NCBI GenBank assembly: GCA_038046805.1 | Contig: JBBSVO010000003.1 | Span: 93,963 to 157,962, forward strand | DNA: 64,000 nucleotides | Source: Candidatus Micrarchaeota archaeon | GTDB lineage: Archaea; Micrarchaeota; Micrarchaeia; Anstonellales; Bilamarchaeaceae | Reading direction: 5' to 3' | Shown: one piece after another, positions 17,442 to 26,319 of the stretch | How the letters are laid out: every line of letters starts with the position of its first letter | How positions within the stretch are numbered: the stretch's first letter is position 1 | Notes under the pieces: model-generated | The model's database searches: none | What the model was told of the DNA's origin: nothing | Seen by the model: the letters and a program-made list of their open reading frames with translations, nothing else | Program-made: the position numbers and the translations under genes

Positions 17442-17712
17442 CTCGACACCTTCCGTACCTCAAATAAGCGCAATTTCTTGAGAATTTCCGCCCGTTTGCC
17501 ATATCGCTGTCGCTGGCTTTCGCTAATTCAATAATGATGCTATTGGCTCCTGGCTTCTGGCTACTAGCTACCGGCCAACTGCCACTAGCAATTCGGATAA
17601 TTATTTTTCCATTCGTTTCAATTCCGAGAGCCTCGCGTATTTCCAGCGGTAAAACTAGACGCGCCTTTGAATCAAGCGCAATAACGTATTTTCGTTGCTC
17701 AATGAAGTACAT
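17425..17712 (-). CDS. AbrB/SpoVT-type DNA-binding domain protein
   Basis: N-terminal RLVLPLEIREALGIETNGKIIIRI swapped-hairpin motif. The C-terminal half is encoded by the CTAG-rich repeat and may not be genuine. Confidence 0.55.
   Translation of the reverse strand: MYFIEQRKYVIALDSKARLVLPLEIREALGIETNGKIIIRIASGSWPVASSQKPGANSIIIELAKASDSDMANGRKFSRNCAYLRYGRCRGGKND
17545..17590. repeat. CTAG/GGCT-rich element related to 10766-10811
   Basis: GGCTCCTGGCTTCTGGCTACTAGCTACCGGCC. The reverse complement shares AGCCAGGAGCCA and flanking similarity with the 10.8 kb copy. Confidence 0.4.
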
Positions 17713-17820
17713 CCCTTTTTGTGAAGTACATCCCTTCCTTTGTTCACCATATCCATTACCTGTTTCTGATTTTCTTTGCTTACAGATATTGTATCTTTCC
17801 CACTTAATATACGTTTCGGT

Positions 17821-18129
17821 TTATTGATTCAACACCAGCAAAAAGCTTGTGTCTTTATTCGCACTTAGCGAATGCACTGCCTTTTTCTTCATGTGGATAA
17901 ACGTGCCAGGAAGCATCGGGATTCCCTCTCCCTCTAGAGTGAACGTGCCGTTGCCTTCTATAACATAGACTAACCCTTCTTTGGTGGACGTATGCTCGCC
18001 AAGCTCCGTTCCCTTTGCCATGCAGAACAACGTAACATCCACTTTATCGCTTTTTGATATTACCTTGCTCACAATGCCGCCGTTTGAATACGAAATCATT
18101 TCCTTCAGGTTTTTCCATGTTTTTGGCAT
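17821..18129 (-). CDS. cupin domain protein
   Basis: 102 aa. GEHTS...VYVIEGNGTF...GTFIHMKKKAVHSL matches the two cupin motifs. Confidence 0.75.
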   Translation of the reverse strand: MPKTWKNLKEMISYSNGGIVSKVISKSDKVDVTLFCMAKGTELGEHTSTKEGLVYVIEGNGTFTLEGEGIPMLPGTFIHMKKKAVHSLSANKDTSFLLVLNQ

Positions 18130-18188
18130 GACGGGAATTCACGATTTACAGTTTATATTTGTTTCCGTTCATAATTCTTAGATGTTAT

Positions 18189-18328
18189 AGCCCCGTCGTC
18201 TAGAGTCTTGTGTCCAGCGTCTAGAGTTTCAAAAATACGAGACTGACGACTCAAGACACGAGACGGACTTTGGTCAAGGATGACAGGCTCTGGACCTGTA
18301 TACGTCGGTTCGAATCCGATCGGGGCTA
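18189..18328 (+). tRNA. tRNA-Gln(CUG) with about 66-nt intron in the D-loop (approx 18206-18271)
   Basis: Acceptor AGCCCCG/CGGGGCT (A1-U72, as in archaeal tRNA-Gln), anticodon arm ACAGG-CTCTGGA-CCTGT, T arm GTCGG-TTCGAAT-CCGAT. D stem GTCT/GGAT is separated by the insert. Confidence 0.8.
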
Positions 18329-18372
18329 TTTTAATTCCATAACTTTTTAATCCAAACCGCATAAATACCGCC

Positions 18373-18780
18373 ATGCATCCCTTAAGCGAGGAGTTCAAAA
18401 AAAGCTTTGAGAATGAAAGCTGGGACTCCATAGCGCATATGGCACTGACGTTCCAAATCGAACTTGAAGAGGACGACAAACATCAGAAAAGGCTCAAAAA
18501 GGAATTGGGGATGCTCAAACATGTGCTTCATCATCATTTGAAAGACCAAGAAGCCGCGGCAAGAAATCTGAATATAACGTTCTTTGTCCGCCTGCACAAG
18601 ACAATAACACGATTAGAAAAGGCATTTGACAGGCATGACGTAAAAAGAAGGGAATTTTTAGTATTTCTCAAGGCAATTTTGCATAAATTAAGAAACACAA
18701 AATTCAGGGTATTCAAGACATTGGAAAGAAAAAACGAATTTGGAAGAATGAAGGGATTGATGGACAAGAAGAATGGATGA
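18373..18780 (+). CDS. hypothetical helical protein
   Basis: 135-aa charged, His-rich ORF. No recognised motif. Confidence 0.4.
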   Translation: MHPLSEEFKKSFENESWDSIAHMALTFQIELEEDDKHQKRLKKELGMLKHVLHHHLKDQEAAARNLNITFFVRLHKTITRLEKAFDRHDVKRREFLVFLKAILHKLRNTKFRVFKTLERKNEFGRMKGLMDKKNG

Positions 18781-19531
18781 AGGATTAAGAGAGATGGGAA
18801 ATAATATGGTCGAAATCTACAAAGAACCTTTGAAAATTGAACTTGACGGAACAAAACTGCATGTAAATGGAGCGCCGCATCCAAGCAGCGTGAGAAAGCT
18901 TGGCCAGATGCAGGAAGTGCTGATGCAGCATGTTGAGCCAAAATCAGAAGAGGATTTCAATACTTACTGGATGTACCGCAAGGTATATTTCTCGAATAAC
19001 ATCAGATTCGACATTACCCTTCTGCCAGCGAGAATGCTTGGAGGAGAATACATGAAAACATATGGGCATTACCACCCAAAAGCACAGGATGGAAGCAGTC
19101 TTGGATATCCTGAGATATATCAGGTGCTTAAAGGAAAAGCGATTTTTATACTTCAGGAAAAAAACAAAGATGGGAGCGTAAATGTAACCGTGCAGGATGC
19201 AAACGAAGGAGACATTGCAATAATGCCCCCAGGAAACGGACACGTTACTGTAAATAACGGAATAGAAGACATTATACTGTCAAATCTGGTATATGATAAT
19301 TTCGAATCGGAATACGAAGATTACAAAATATATAGAGGCGCGGCATTTTATGCCACCGAAGAGGGATTAAAACAGAATACGGAATATCTTGTTAAAAAAT
19401 TCAGCCGTATAAAGGCAACAGAATTCATCAAAAAATATGGAATCACGGTAAGGGATTTACTTAAGGAATTCTACAGCAACCCGGAAAAATTCGCCTTCTT
19501 AGAAAAGCCCGGACTGCTCTTTGGGCGCTGA
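18773..19531 (+). CDS. pgiA: cupin-type glucose-6-phosphate isomerase
   Basis: TYGHYHP...GYPEIYQVLKGKA...GDIAIMPPGNGHVTVN matches the archaeal cupin PGI family. Confidence 0.75.
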   Translation: MDEGLREMGNNMVEIYKEPLKIELDGTKLHVNGAPHPSSVRKLGQMQEVLMQHVEPKSEEDFNTYWMYRKVYFSNNIRFDITLLPARMLGGEYMKTYGHYHPKAQDGSSLGYPEIYQVLKGKAIFILQEKNKDGSVNVTVQDANEGDIAIMPPGNGHVTVNNGIEDIILSNLVYDNFESEYEDYKIYRGAAFYATEEGLKQNTEYLVKKFSRIKATEFIKKYGITVRDLLKEFYSNPEKFAFLEKPGLLFGR

Positions 19532-22231
19532 CTTCAGTCGTCCACTCGCGAGCTTTTCATTCCCGCCACCGCCTCCACCGAACTTTGAAGCCAGTTTTTG
19601 CATTAGGTCGCGGGCATTTACAGATTTGTTGCTGGAAGCGCAGACCGTATCCCCAAGATTATTTACAAGGATAGCTGAAACACCGACACCGCCTGCTGTG
19701 AGCAGAAGATTTCCGATTTTTCTAAGGGTTTCTGCATCCGTATCAAGTATTCTTACCGCGGTTTTGCCACTTGCAATGCTTTCTTTTACTACTTCGGCAG
19801 CTTCGCTTTTTGCAAATCCTTCTGAAAGCTCCACTATCTTTTTCTTTTGCTCTTTCCATTCATTGAAAAATCGTTCAACAGTCTTCTTCAGCTCATTGTC
19901 ACTTACGCTTACAACCAACGCGGCATCGCGGAGCATTTTTTCCTTTTCCTGAACATATGCAATTGCAACAGTTCCGCATTTGTAGGTTATTCTTTCTACA
20001 CCATCCTGAATACCCTCGCGTTTCACGATTTTGAAGCATCCAATTTCGCCAGTGCTTTTTAGCATGTGATGGGTTCCGCCACACGCTTCGGTGTCGATTC
20101 CCTTGACCGAAACAATGCGAAGTTCTTTTCCCGGAACTGCACCGCCCTGATAAAGCGTGAAACCATATTTTGATTCCGCAACGTTTCGCGGCAAAACTTC
20201 AACAAGAATCGGAACGTTTCGCAAGATGTATTCATTTACCTTTAATTCGATTTTGTCCAGCTCCTCCTGCGTTGTGCGCTTGTAATGAGTGACGTCCAAA
20301 TGCGCTTTTTCCGCATCCTTGTGAGAACCGCCCTGCCAGATATGGTTTCCCAGAATCTCGCGACAAGCCGCATTTAACAGGTGCGCAGCTGTGTGATGAC
20401 GAGTGATTGTTTTCCTGCGTTCCAACTCAACTTCGCCTTTGATCTTTTGACCGGATTTGAACTTGGAAGCATCTGCAGAAGAAACTTCGTGAAGGATTAC
20501 GCCTGCCTGTTTTTGGGTATCGGTTACAGAGATTCCATTTAATGTTCCGGTATCGCCTACCTGTCCGCCCCCTTCTGGATAAAAAGCAGATTTGTCAAGA
20601 ACAACATACTTGCTGCCAATTACTCCAAGGACTTTTGCATCAAACGAACCGGACGAACCGGACGAACCAGACCCCTTTTCCGAATAGTATAGCGGCTCTG
20701 TTTTATCGAATTTTGAAACATCTAATTTTGCTCCCTCTTCTTTCTTTGCTTCTCCTTCCTTTTCACGCACTAACCCGTAGAAGTTACCCGGAACATGAAC
20801 TTTTACTCCAGACTCTTTCGCGACTTCCTCTACAAACTCTGGCGGAACACCATGACTCTTGTAAAGCGTAATAAGATCGTCAGTCTTGATTGAACTGTTT
20901 ACTCCATCAGCTCCTTTGGAAAGCATAGAAACTACTTTTCCTCGCGCTTTTTGTTTTGTTGCCTCGTATTTCTTTTTTTCTTCTGTGATGACGTCCGCGG
21001 TTGATAAGACTCCGCTCTTTAGATTCGGAAACAAGTCTGTAAGATGCGCAGCATGAAGTTCGAGGATTTTCGCATAATCAAACTTGAAACCATATTCTTC
21101 TTCGAAACCAAACGCACGCCTAAGAATGAGCCGTAAATTATATCCGCCTCCGGCATTGCTCGGAAGCATTCCATCTGTAACCGCTGAAAGGACCGTGAGC
21201 AAATGATCACTCGTGGCATAAAGCGCCTGCAACGGCTCAATATGCGAGAAAAGCTCTTGCTTGGAAATACCCAGTTTTTTTGCGATGGATTCTTTTTCTG
21301 CTTCAACGTCGGCAACTTCATCTATGTTAAGGCTTCCTGACATGCGGGCATATTGTGTGAACAGTTTTTCATCAACTTTAACGCCATGCTCCTTTCTCAG
21401 ATATTTTATGACTGGTCCGAAAACAACTTCATAACTGGTTGCAGCGTCATTTGTTATCCATGCAAGTCTCTCAAGACCTGCACCCATATCAATAACTTTC
21501 GTACTGAGTTCTCGTCCAGAACCGTTCGGTAAAACCTCGTATTGCATAAAGACGCAATTTCCTAATTCGAGTCCGCCAACGAAATATTCCATGCTTGGAC
21601 CGTAGTTTCCGCCACCTGCCCAGACATCTTCCATGAAAACAAGCTCTTCTTTCTGGATTCCCAGCGCTTTAAGATACGCAACATCATGCATCAATGCTTC
21701 GTCCTTCCAGTAGAAAAGTCCTGTCTTTTTTGTGTTGAACGCGTGTTGACCGACCATAACGAAATTAGTGTAGTGCCGCCCGGTTACGCCGACGTTCGCT
21801 ATATCGGGAAACCGTATGCAGTGCTGCGGAATGAGCAATGGATTATGAGGCGGGGGAAGCTCGCCATTAACCACGTAAGGCTGAAAATCATTGATCGATG
21901 CGATTGAAAAGTAAAGGTCGTCCCTCCATCTTGCGACCGTGGGATAGGAATCGATTATTCCATGACCATGTTTTGAAAAGTATTTTTTCAATTCATTCCA
22001 GGTTTCAACATAACCGAGTTTTCGCCTTGAGGGAGATTTTCCAATGAATGGATACCCAATACAAGATGCGTCAGCGCAATATTCCCTTTCTCCGCCGCTC
22101 CAGAAATTCCTTCCGCATTTCTTGCATTTCTGACGGGTGAACCCCATCTCGACAATGCTCTTTATCTTGTAATGCTTCTCCCAGTCCCTGGAGAATTGTT
22201 TTCGAAGATCGTTTTTGTCAACATCTGGCAT
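19499..22231 (-). CDS. alaS: alanine--tRNA ligase, archaeal type
   Basis: 910 aa. Archaeal N-terminus with a Zn-ribbon-like KCKKCGRNFWS, editing-domain HHTAAH...CGGTH motifs and a C-terminal DHHA1-like domain. Confidence 0.95.
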   Translation of the reverse strand: MPDVDKNDLRKQFSRDWEKHYKIKSIVEMGFTRQKCKKCGRNFWSGGEREYCADASCIGYPFIGKSPSRRKLGYVETWNELKKYFSKHGHGIIDSYPTVARWRDDLYFSIASINDFQPYVVNGELPPPHNPLLIPQHCIRFPDIANVGVTGRHYTNFVMVGQHAFNTKKTGLFYWKDEALMHDVAYLKALGIQKEELVFMEDVWAGGGNYGPSMEYFVGGLELGNCVFMQYEVLPNGSGRELSTKVIDMGAGLERLAWITNDAATSYEVVFGPVIKYLRKEHGVKVDEKLFTQYARMSGSLNIDEVADVEAEKESIAKKLGISKQELFSHIEPLQALYATSDHLLTVLSAVTDGMLPSNAGGGYNLRLILRRAFGFEEEYGFKFDYAKILELHAAHLTDLFPNLKSGVLSTADVITEEKKKYEATKQKARGKVVSMLSKGADGVNSSIKTDDLITLYKSHGVPPEFVEEVAKESGVKVHVPGNFYGLVREKEGEAKKEEGAKLDVSKFDKTEPLYYSEKGSGSSGSSGSFDAKVLGVIGSKYVVLDKSAFYPEGGGQVGDTGTLNGISVTDTQKQAGVILHEVSSADASKFKSGQKIKGEVELERRKTITRHHTAAHLLNAACREILGNHIWQGGSHKDAEKAHLDVTHYKRTTQEELDKIELKVNEYILRNVPILVEVLPRNVAESKYGFTLYQGGAVPGKELRIVSVKGIDTEACGGTHHMLKSTGEIGCFKIVKREGIQDGVERITYKCGTVAIAYVQEKEKMLRDAALVVSVSDNELKKTVERFFNEWKEQKKKIVELSEGFAKSEAAEVVKESIASGKTAVRILDTDAETLRKIGNLLLTAGGVGVSAILVNNLGDTVCASSNKSVNARDLMQKLASKFGGGGGGNEKLASGRLKSAPKEQSGLF

Positions 22232-22375
22232 GAAATCAACTTTCAGTGTTCTAATGTTTTCGGATAAAACTTTTAAAGCAACGGTTATCCGTTGAAGTAG
22301 CTACCCATAGGCACAACCACATAATTTTTAAACAGAATTCGACTCATTCTTAGAATACCATTTACGCTTAGCTGT

Positions 22376-22630
22376 GGGCCCGTAACTCAGCTTGAACCTT
22401 TTGACTTCTGAAACCTAAAGGCAAAACGTTTCATGTCAAGAACGACGTTTCGTTCTTGAGCATGATCATGAACGGTTCGCCGTTCATGACATCGAAAAGC
22501 CCTTAGGTAGCACAAGTCAAACGGTTTCTGAAATGGTAGAGTGCCGGACTCTTATGGTCCTGAGTCTTGAGTTTAGAGTCTTGGGATTTAAGAAATCCGT
22601 TTGCCAAGGGTTCAAATCCCTTCGGGCCCG
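22376..22630 (+). tRNA. tRNA-Lys(CUU) with two introns: about 140 nt in the D-loop (22391-22530) and about 40 nt at 37/38 (22555-22594)
   Basis: Acceptor GGGCCCG/CGGGCCC, D stem ACTC/GAGT split by the insert, anticodon stem CCGGA/TCCGT (one C-U mismatch) with loop CT-CTT-A, T arm AAGGG-TTCAAAT-CCCTT. Confidence 0.75.
22434..22493 (+). repeat. tandem-hairpin module type A, copy inside the tRNA-Lys D-loop intron
   Basis: TGTC-AAGAACGA-CGTT-TCGTTCTT-GAGCATGATC-ATGAACGG-TTCG-CCGTTCAT-GACATC. By eye, 50 of 60 positions are identical to 40936-40995. Confidence 0.8.
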
Positions 22631-22677
22631 TTTTATGTTTCCGGTAGCGGGCTCCCTGCCTCCGGTCAACGGATGGC

Positions 22678-25380
22678 TTACGAATTTAGGTGATTTTTTC
22701 TTCTTGGTGATACCAGCATTACTGCAAATGGAGATAATGAATTTGGCTTAGAATGCCCTTGTTTACGCGTAGAAAACGAAATTGAATTTTTTCTTTTTCT
22801 GGTTTTTTGTTTTTCCGCACGGCTTGAAATTTCCGCACGTTTTGGATTACGTCTTTGATTATTGGTTACGCGAAATTTTGGTTTGGTTGGTTTTTCAGCT
22901 CTTAAACTGTCTGATTTTGGAGTTTCTTTAGACCATCTTGGTTCTACTCTTTGCGGTTTTTCTCTTCTGAATGCTGCTTTTTTCGTATTTCTTTTTTGGA
23001 TTTGTTTTTCCACTTTTTCCGGATTGGATATTTGCATTGTTTTTTCGGATTTTCTTTTTTCTTTAACAGAACGAAAACGGGATGAAAGCATGGGCCTGAC
23101 TTTCGCGAATTCGGATGCCGGATTTTGACTTGGTTTTGATCTTCGGCGTTGAGCGGGCATCACGATTTGCGATTTTGTTTTTCTCTTCACTGGTTTCATT
23201 TTTTCAGGTTTTCCGTTTTCCGAGGTTCTGGCTTTTTGTGAATCTGATTTCTGAGCTGGCGTTCCTGGCATTTTTCTTTCCGGTTTTTTCTTTTCAGATT
23301 TCGGAGTTTCTGTTTTGTGTTTTTCCGCTCTCCGAACCACATTTTTCAACGTTTTTGGTTTTGCATTTATTGGTGCATCATTTAGAGGTTCGAATTTTCT
23401 GAATTTTTTTCGTGGGAATTTGTCTTCCAACCCTCTTCGGAATTTTGGGCTTGGTTCTTTTTTCGCAATTCTGGGCTTTTTACCTGACGACTTGGCTTCT
23501 GGAAGTTTCCTGGAGGCAGGTTTCCTTTCTTGTCTAGAGACGCGTGAGGATTCTGTTTGTAATTTCTGGCGTGGAGTGCGAATGATCGCGGAAATTTGCG
23601 GAACAGGAATGGATTCCATATACCTAACGACTTTCGTATGCGGAGCCGGTCGCACGTGCGGAACAAACACAACTCCCGCATATTTTACTTCGGTTGAGAA
23701 TTGAGAAGGTTGTGAAATTTGTGAGAGAAATGAAACGGCTTTAACTTCTATTGGCTTTTCTGACTTAGGTGGTTCCGGTTTCTGCGGTTCCTGCTGGTTC
23801 GGTGCACTAAAGGAAAGCGAAACGGCGGGGGATTGAACAGATACAACAGAGCGGGTAGATGGAAATTCAATCGCTGGAACGGACAATATTGACGAAATAA
23901 CACGGATTTGATTTTGTTCCGCAACAACGTCATGTTGAGGTTCTAAACGTGGCATCTGATGAGGTATGGTAAGCATGGACGATACAAAAAAAAGAGAGGA
24001 TGATGATTTCTCCGAATTGCGCGGAAATTTTGATGGCAAAATAACCTGTTTGGGTAGAACTGGCTGGGACAAAACGGGTTGAGGAATGCGCGGCTCGGAA
24101 TACAGTATGTCGGATGCTCGCAATGCTTGCTGAGAGATTGCCGATACCGTTGCCCTAACCAAAAACTGATTAAGCAAAGGCCGCTGGACAGGAGTTAATA
24201 CGAATTGCGGGGCGATAGCTGAAGACAAAAGAGTATTGGGTCCCGGTTGCCGGATTTCGGTTGCTGGCAAAGAATATGATTGCCCAACCGAAGCCGTGGA
24301 TTCGCGAGAAGCTACCAGAATAGGATTTTGAGATGCGGACTGAGGCTGAATCTGTTGGTTTTCAGAAAGAAACTGGGTTCTTGATGTGTTAACTGTTTCT
24401 GAAGACGCGGAAACAAACGGGAGGAAATCAGAACGAAAAGAAGATGGAGCAGCACCTGGAGCGGATTGTACTTGATACGTGTTTTGTGAGCCGCCCGATT
24501 GAATTGATGACGAAACTACGGGTTCCTGATGTTGGATGGGGAGCGTGGTTGATTGAACCGCGAGATTCTGCAAAATCAGTTGCTGTAAGGCGAATTCCCC
24601 GCTTCCTGAAAAATCAATTCCTGATTTTGTCAAAAGGTTGGTTTTGTCAAGCGAGGCAGTGTCTGTTGTAGGATTGAAGGTTCCGGTTACGTAAAATTGT
24701 TCGGATTCTTTTTGCTGGATGAGCTTGGCATCCATACTGTCTCCGTGAGAACTGCCACCCCCGCCAATAGATTTAGGTTGCATGGATACGCGCGTATAAA
24801 CATCTTGGTTCCGTATATTAGCATCCTGTTGAAGATTGCGCGCATCATTCGGAGTAAAAAATATCGCACCCGGGACAGAAGAAGTTACATGAAGCGATGG
24901 TGAAATTCCATCAAACGAAACTGCATTAAGTCGCCTGACAGAATCCGCGTCAAGAAGGTTGACTGGATTTGGAATATCCGCGGTCATCCCAACATCATCA
25001 CGCAACAGGAAACTAAATTCTTGAGATCCGGATAGTACCTGCGAGGTGAGATTCTCCCAAAAAACATCACTGGAACGAAGAACCCTAAAGCACATTTCAG
25101 CTGTTTCAGATTCAACACCAGCACCCCGTATTGAATAGAACTGAATCCAGTCCCTTAAACGAAGCCCTCCGATTTCAACCTCTTTTAGATAATGTTTGGC
25201 CATTTGTGCGTTGAATTCAACATTGCAATTCCCGCCATGTTGCTTTACTACGTTCATTATCCCTTCTAGAAGCGTGATTCCTTCTCTCACCAAACCGCTT
25301 ATTGCCCTGCGGTTGCCAGTGCAGTCTTGAACATGAAGTTTTAGAAGAACAAGCGAACCAAAACTAGCCATACCAGCCAA
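22678..25380 (-). CDS. large hypothetical protein: globular N-terminal domain, long Ser/Gln/Pro-rich region, highly basic Lys/Arg/Pro-rich tail
   Basis: 900-aa uninterrupted ORF. The C-terminal 300 aa or so have repeated PKSEKP/KPEK-like motifs. Confidence 0.55.
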   Translation of the reverse strand: MAGMASFGSLVLLKLHVQDCTGNRRAISGLVREGITLLEGIMNVVKQHGGNCNVEFNAQMAKHYLKEVEIGGLRLRDWIQFYSIRGAGVESETAEMCFRVLRSSDVFWENLTSQVLSGSQEFSFLLRDDVGMTADIPNPVNLLDADSVRRLNAVSFDGISPSLHVTSSVPGAIFFTPNDARNLQQDANIRNQDVYTRVSMQPKSIGGGGSSHGDSMDAKLIQQKESEQFYVTGTFNPTTDTASLDKTNLLTKSGIDFSGSGEFALQQLILQNLAVQSTTLPIQHQEPVVSSSIQSGGSQNTYQVQSAPGAAPSSFRSDFLPFVSASSETVNTSRTQFLSENQQIQPQSASQNPILVASRESTASVGQSYSLPATEIRQPGPNTLLSSAIAPQFVLTPVQRPLLNQFLVRATVSAISQQALRASDILYSEPRIPQPVLSQPVLPKQVILPSKFPRNSEKSSSSLFFVSSMLTIPHQMPRLEPQHDVVAEQNQIRVISSILSVPAIEFPSTRSVVSVQSPAVSLSFSAPNQQEPQKPEPPKSEKPIEVKAVSFLSQISQPSQFSTEVKYAGVVFVPHVRPAPHTKVVRYMESIPVPQISAIIRTPRQKLQTESSRVSRQERKPASRKLPEAKSSGKKPRIAKKEPSPKFRRGLEDKFPRKKFRKFEPLNDAPINAKPKTLKNVVRRAEKHKTETPKSEKKKPERKMPGTPAQKSDSQKARTSENGKPEKMKPVKRKTKSQIVMPAQRRRSKPSQNPASEFAKVRPMLSSRFRSVKEKRKSEKTMQISNPEKVEKQIQKRNTKKAAFRREKPQRVEPRWSKETPKSDSLRAEKPTKPKFRVTNNQRRNPKRAEISSRAEKQKTRKRKNSISFSTRKQGHSKPNSLSPFAVMLVSPRRKNHLNS

Positions 25381-25402
25381 TTAGATGATTTGGATTTTTA
25401 TA

Positions 25403-26293
25403 TTAATCGTTTGGTTCATCTGGATTTGCACGCGGATTTATCTCAACTCCTTCCAGATATTCTCCAAGTTCTTTTAGTGCGGCCAATTCTCTTTTTTCAA
25501 ATTCAATATTATACCCGTGCTCGAGAATTTTTCTTACAAAATCTCCAAACAATGGAATTTTTTCAACCATTACATAAAACCAGTTATCCTCTGGTTCTTT
25601 GACATTGCCAGATTCTATGAGACGGTCCCCCACATCAACCAATTCTTGGTATTTTGACGTGTGTTGGTCTCGCAATCTTAGCTTAAGGCGGTTCAAAAGC
25701 ACATCCTGGCTGTCATCAAGGAATTGCTTGAACCATGCGAAAGAAATAAATATGCCGATACCTGCCAGGCCTATTTCAACAAGAGCTTCGGAAGATTCCA
25801 CTGCTTCGTCCTTCAGACGCATTATCGTTTCAGATAAAGTACCCTCCAGCAACCCGACAACCAAACCAACTGCTGCCGCAGTGCATACTGCTACCCTTAA
25901 ACCAATGGCGATGTGAGAAGTGAGGATATCCAACCGCGAGTTTAGCTCTGCAACCCTGAGCGCGAAGTTCAATCCATAACGGTCAATCCACTCATCTGCA
26001 CGTTTTGAGAATTTATTCCTTAACACTTCCGAACGCCTTTCTTCTGGAGACTGCTCGGATTCAACAAGGTCATATTTGGTTTTGCCTACAGTTATCTGAG
26101 TAATGACATCTGACCCATTATCTTCATCCAGATCAACAATGAGCTGTCGTTTTCCATCAGTTCCCGAAACAACTTTTGCCGGATTTGTTGGGCCCTCTGG
26201 TTCAACTCCTCCAAATAATGAACTCGCGACGGTTGTTCTTTTTCGCATTCCTGTGCTTAACGCTGCAAGATGCTGGATAAATTTATATCTCAT
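25403..26293 (-). CDS. hypothetical membrane protein
   Basis: 296-aa ORF with two or three central hydrophobic helices. Confidence 0.5.
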   Translation of the reverse strand: MRYKFIQHLAALSTGMRKRTTVASSLFGGVEPEGPTNPAKVVSGTDGKRQLIVDLDEDNGSDVITQITVGKTKYDLVESEQSPEERRSEVLRNKFSKRADEWIDRYGLNFALRVAELNSRLDILTSHIAIGLRVAVCTAAAVGLVVGLLEGTLSETIMRLKDEAVESSEALVEIGLAGIGIFISFAWFKQFLDDSQDVLLNRLKLRLRDQHTSKYQELVDVGDRLIESGNVKEPEDNWFYVMVEKIPLFGDFVRKILEHGYNIEFEKRELAALKELGEYLEGVEINPRANPDEPND

Positions 26294-26319
26294 GTCGCAA
26301 TTTATGAAGGAAGGGGTAT

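Noticed and set aside
14596-17481. Long antisense ORFs inside hisS and the radical SAM gene (14596-15156, 16924-17481), with similar cases inside alaS, thrS, purP and the 900-aa gene
   Set aside because: The opposite strand carries well-supported genes with conserved motifs. The antisense products are Ser/Leu/Arg-rich, as expected for shadow frames.
18153-18479. ORF 18153-18479 (-), 108 aa
   Set aside because: It spans the whole tRNA-Gln gene and its promoter region, so it is an antisense artefact.
2294-22630. Split or permuted tRNA genes
   Set aside because: For every tRNA both halves are contiguous and in normal 5' to 3' order. The interruptions are therefore introns, not trans-spliced or circularly permuted genes.
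22533-22751. ORF 22533-22751 (+), 72 aa
   Set aside because: It starts inside tRNA-Lys and runs antisense into the end of the 900-aa gene.
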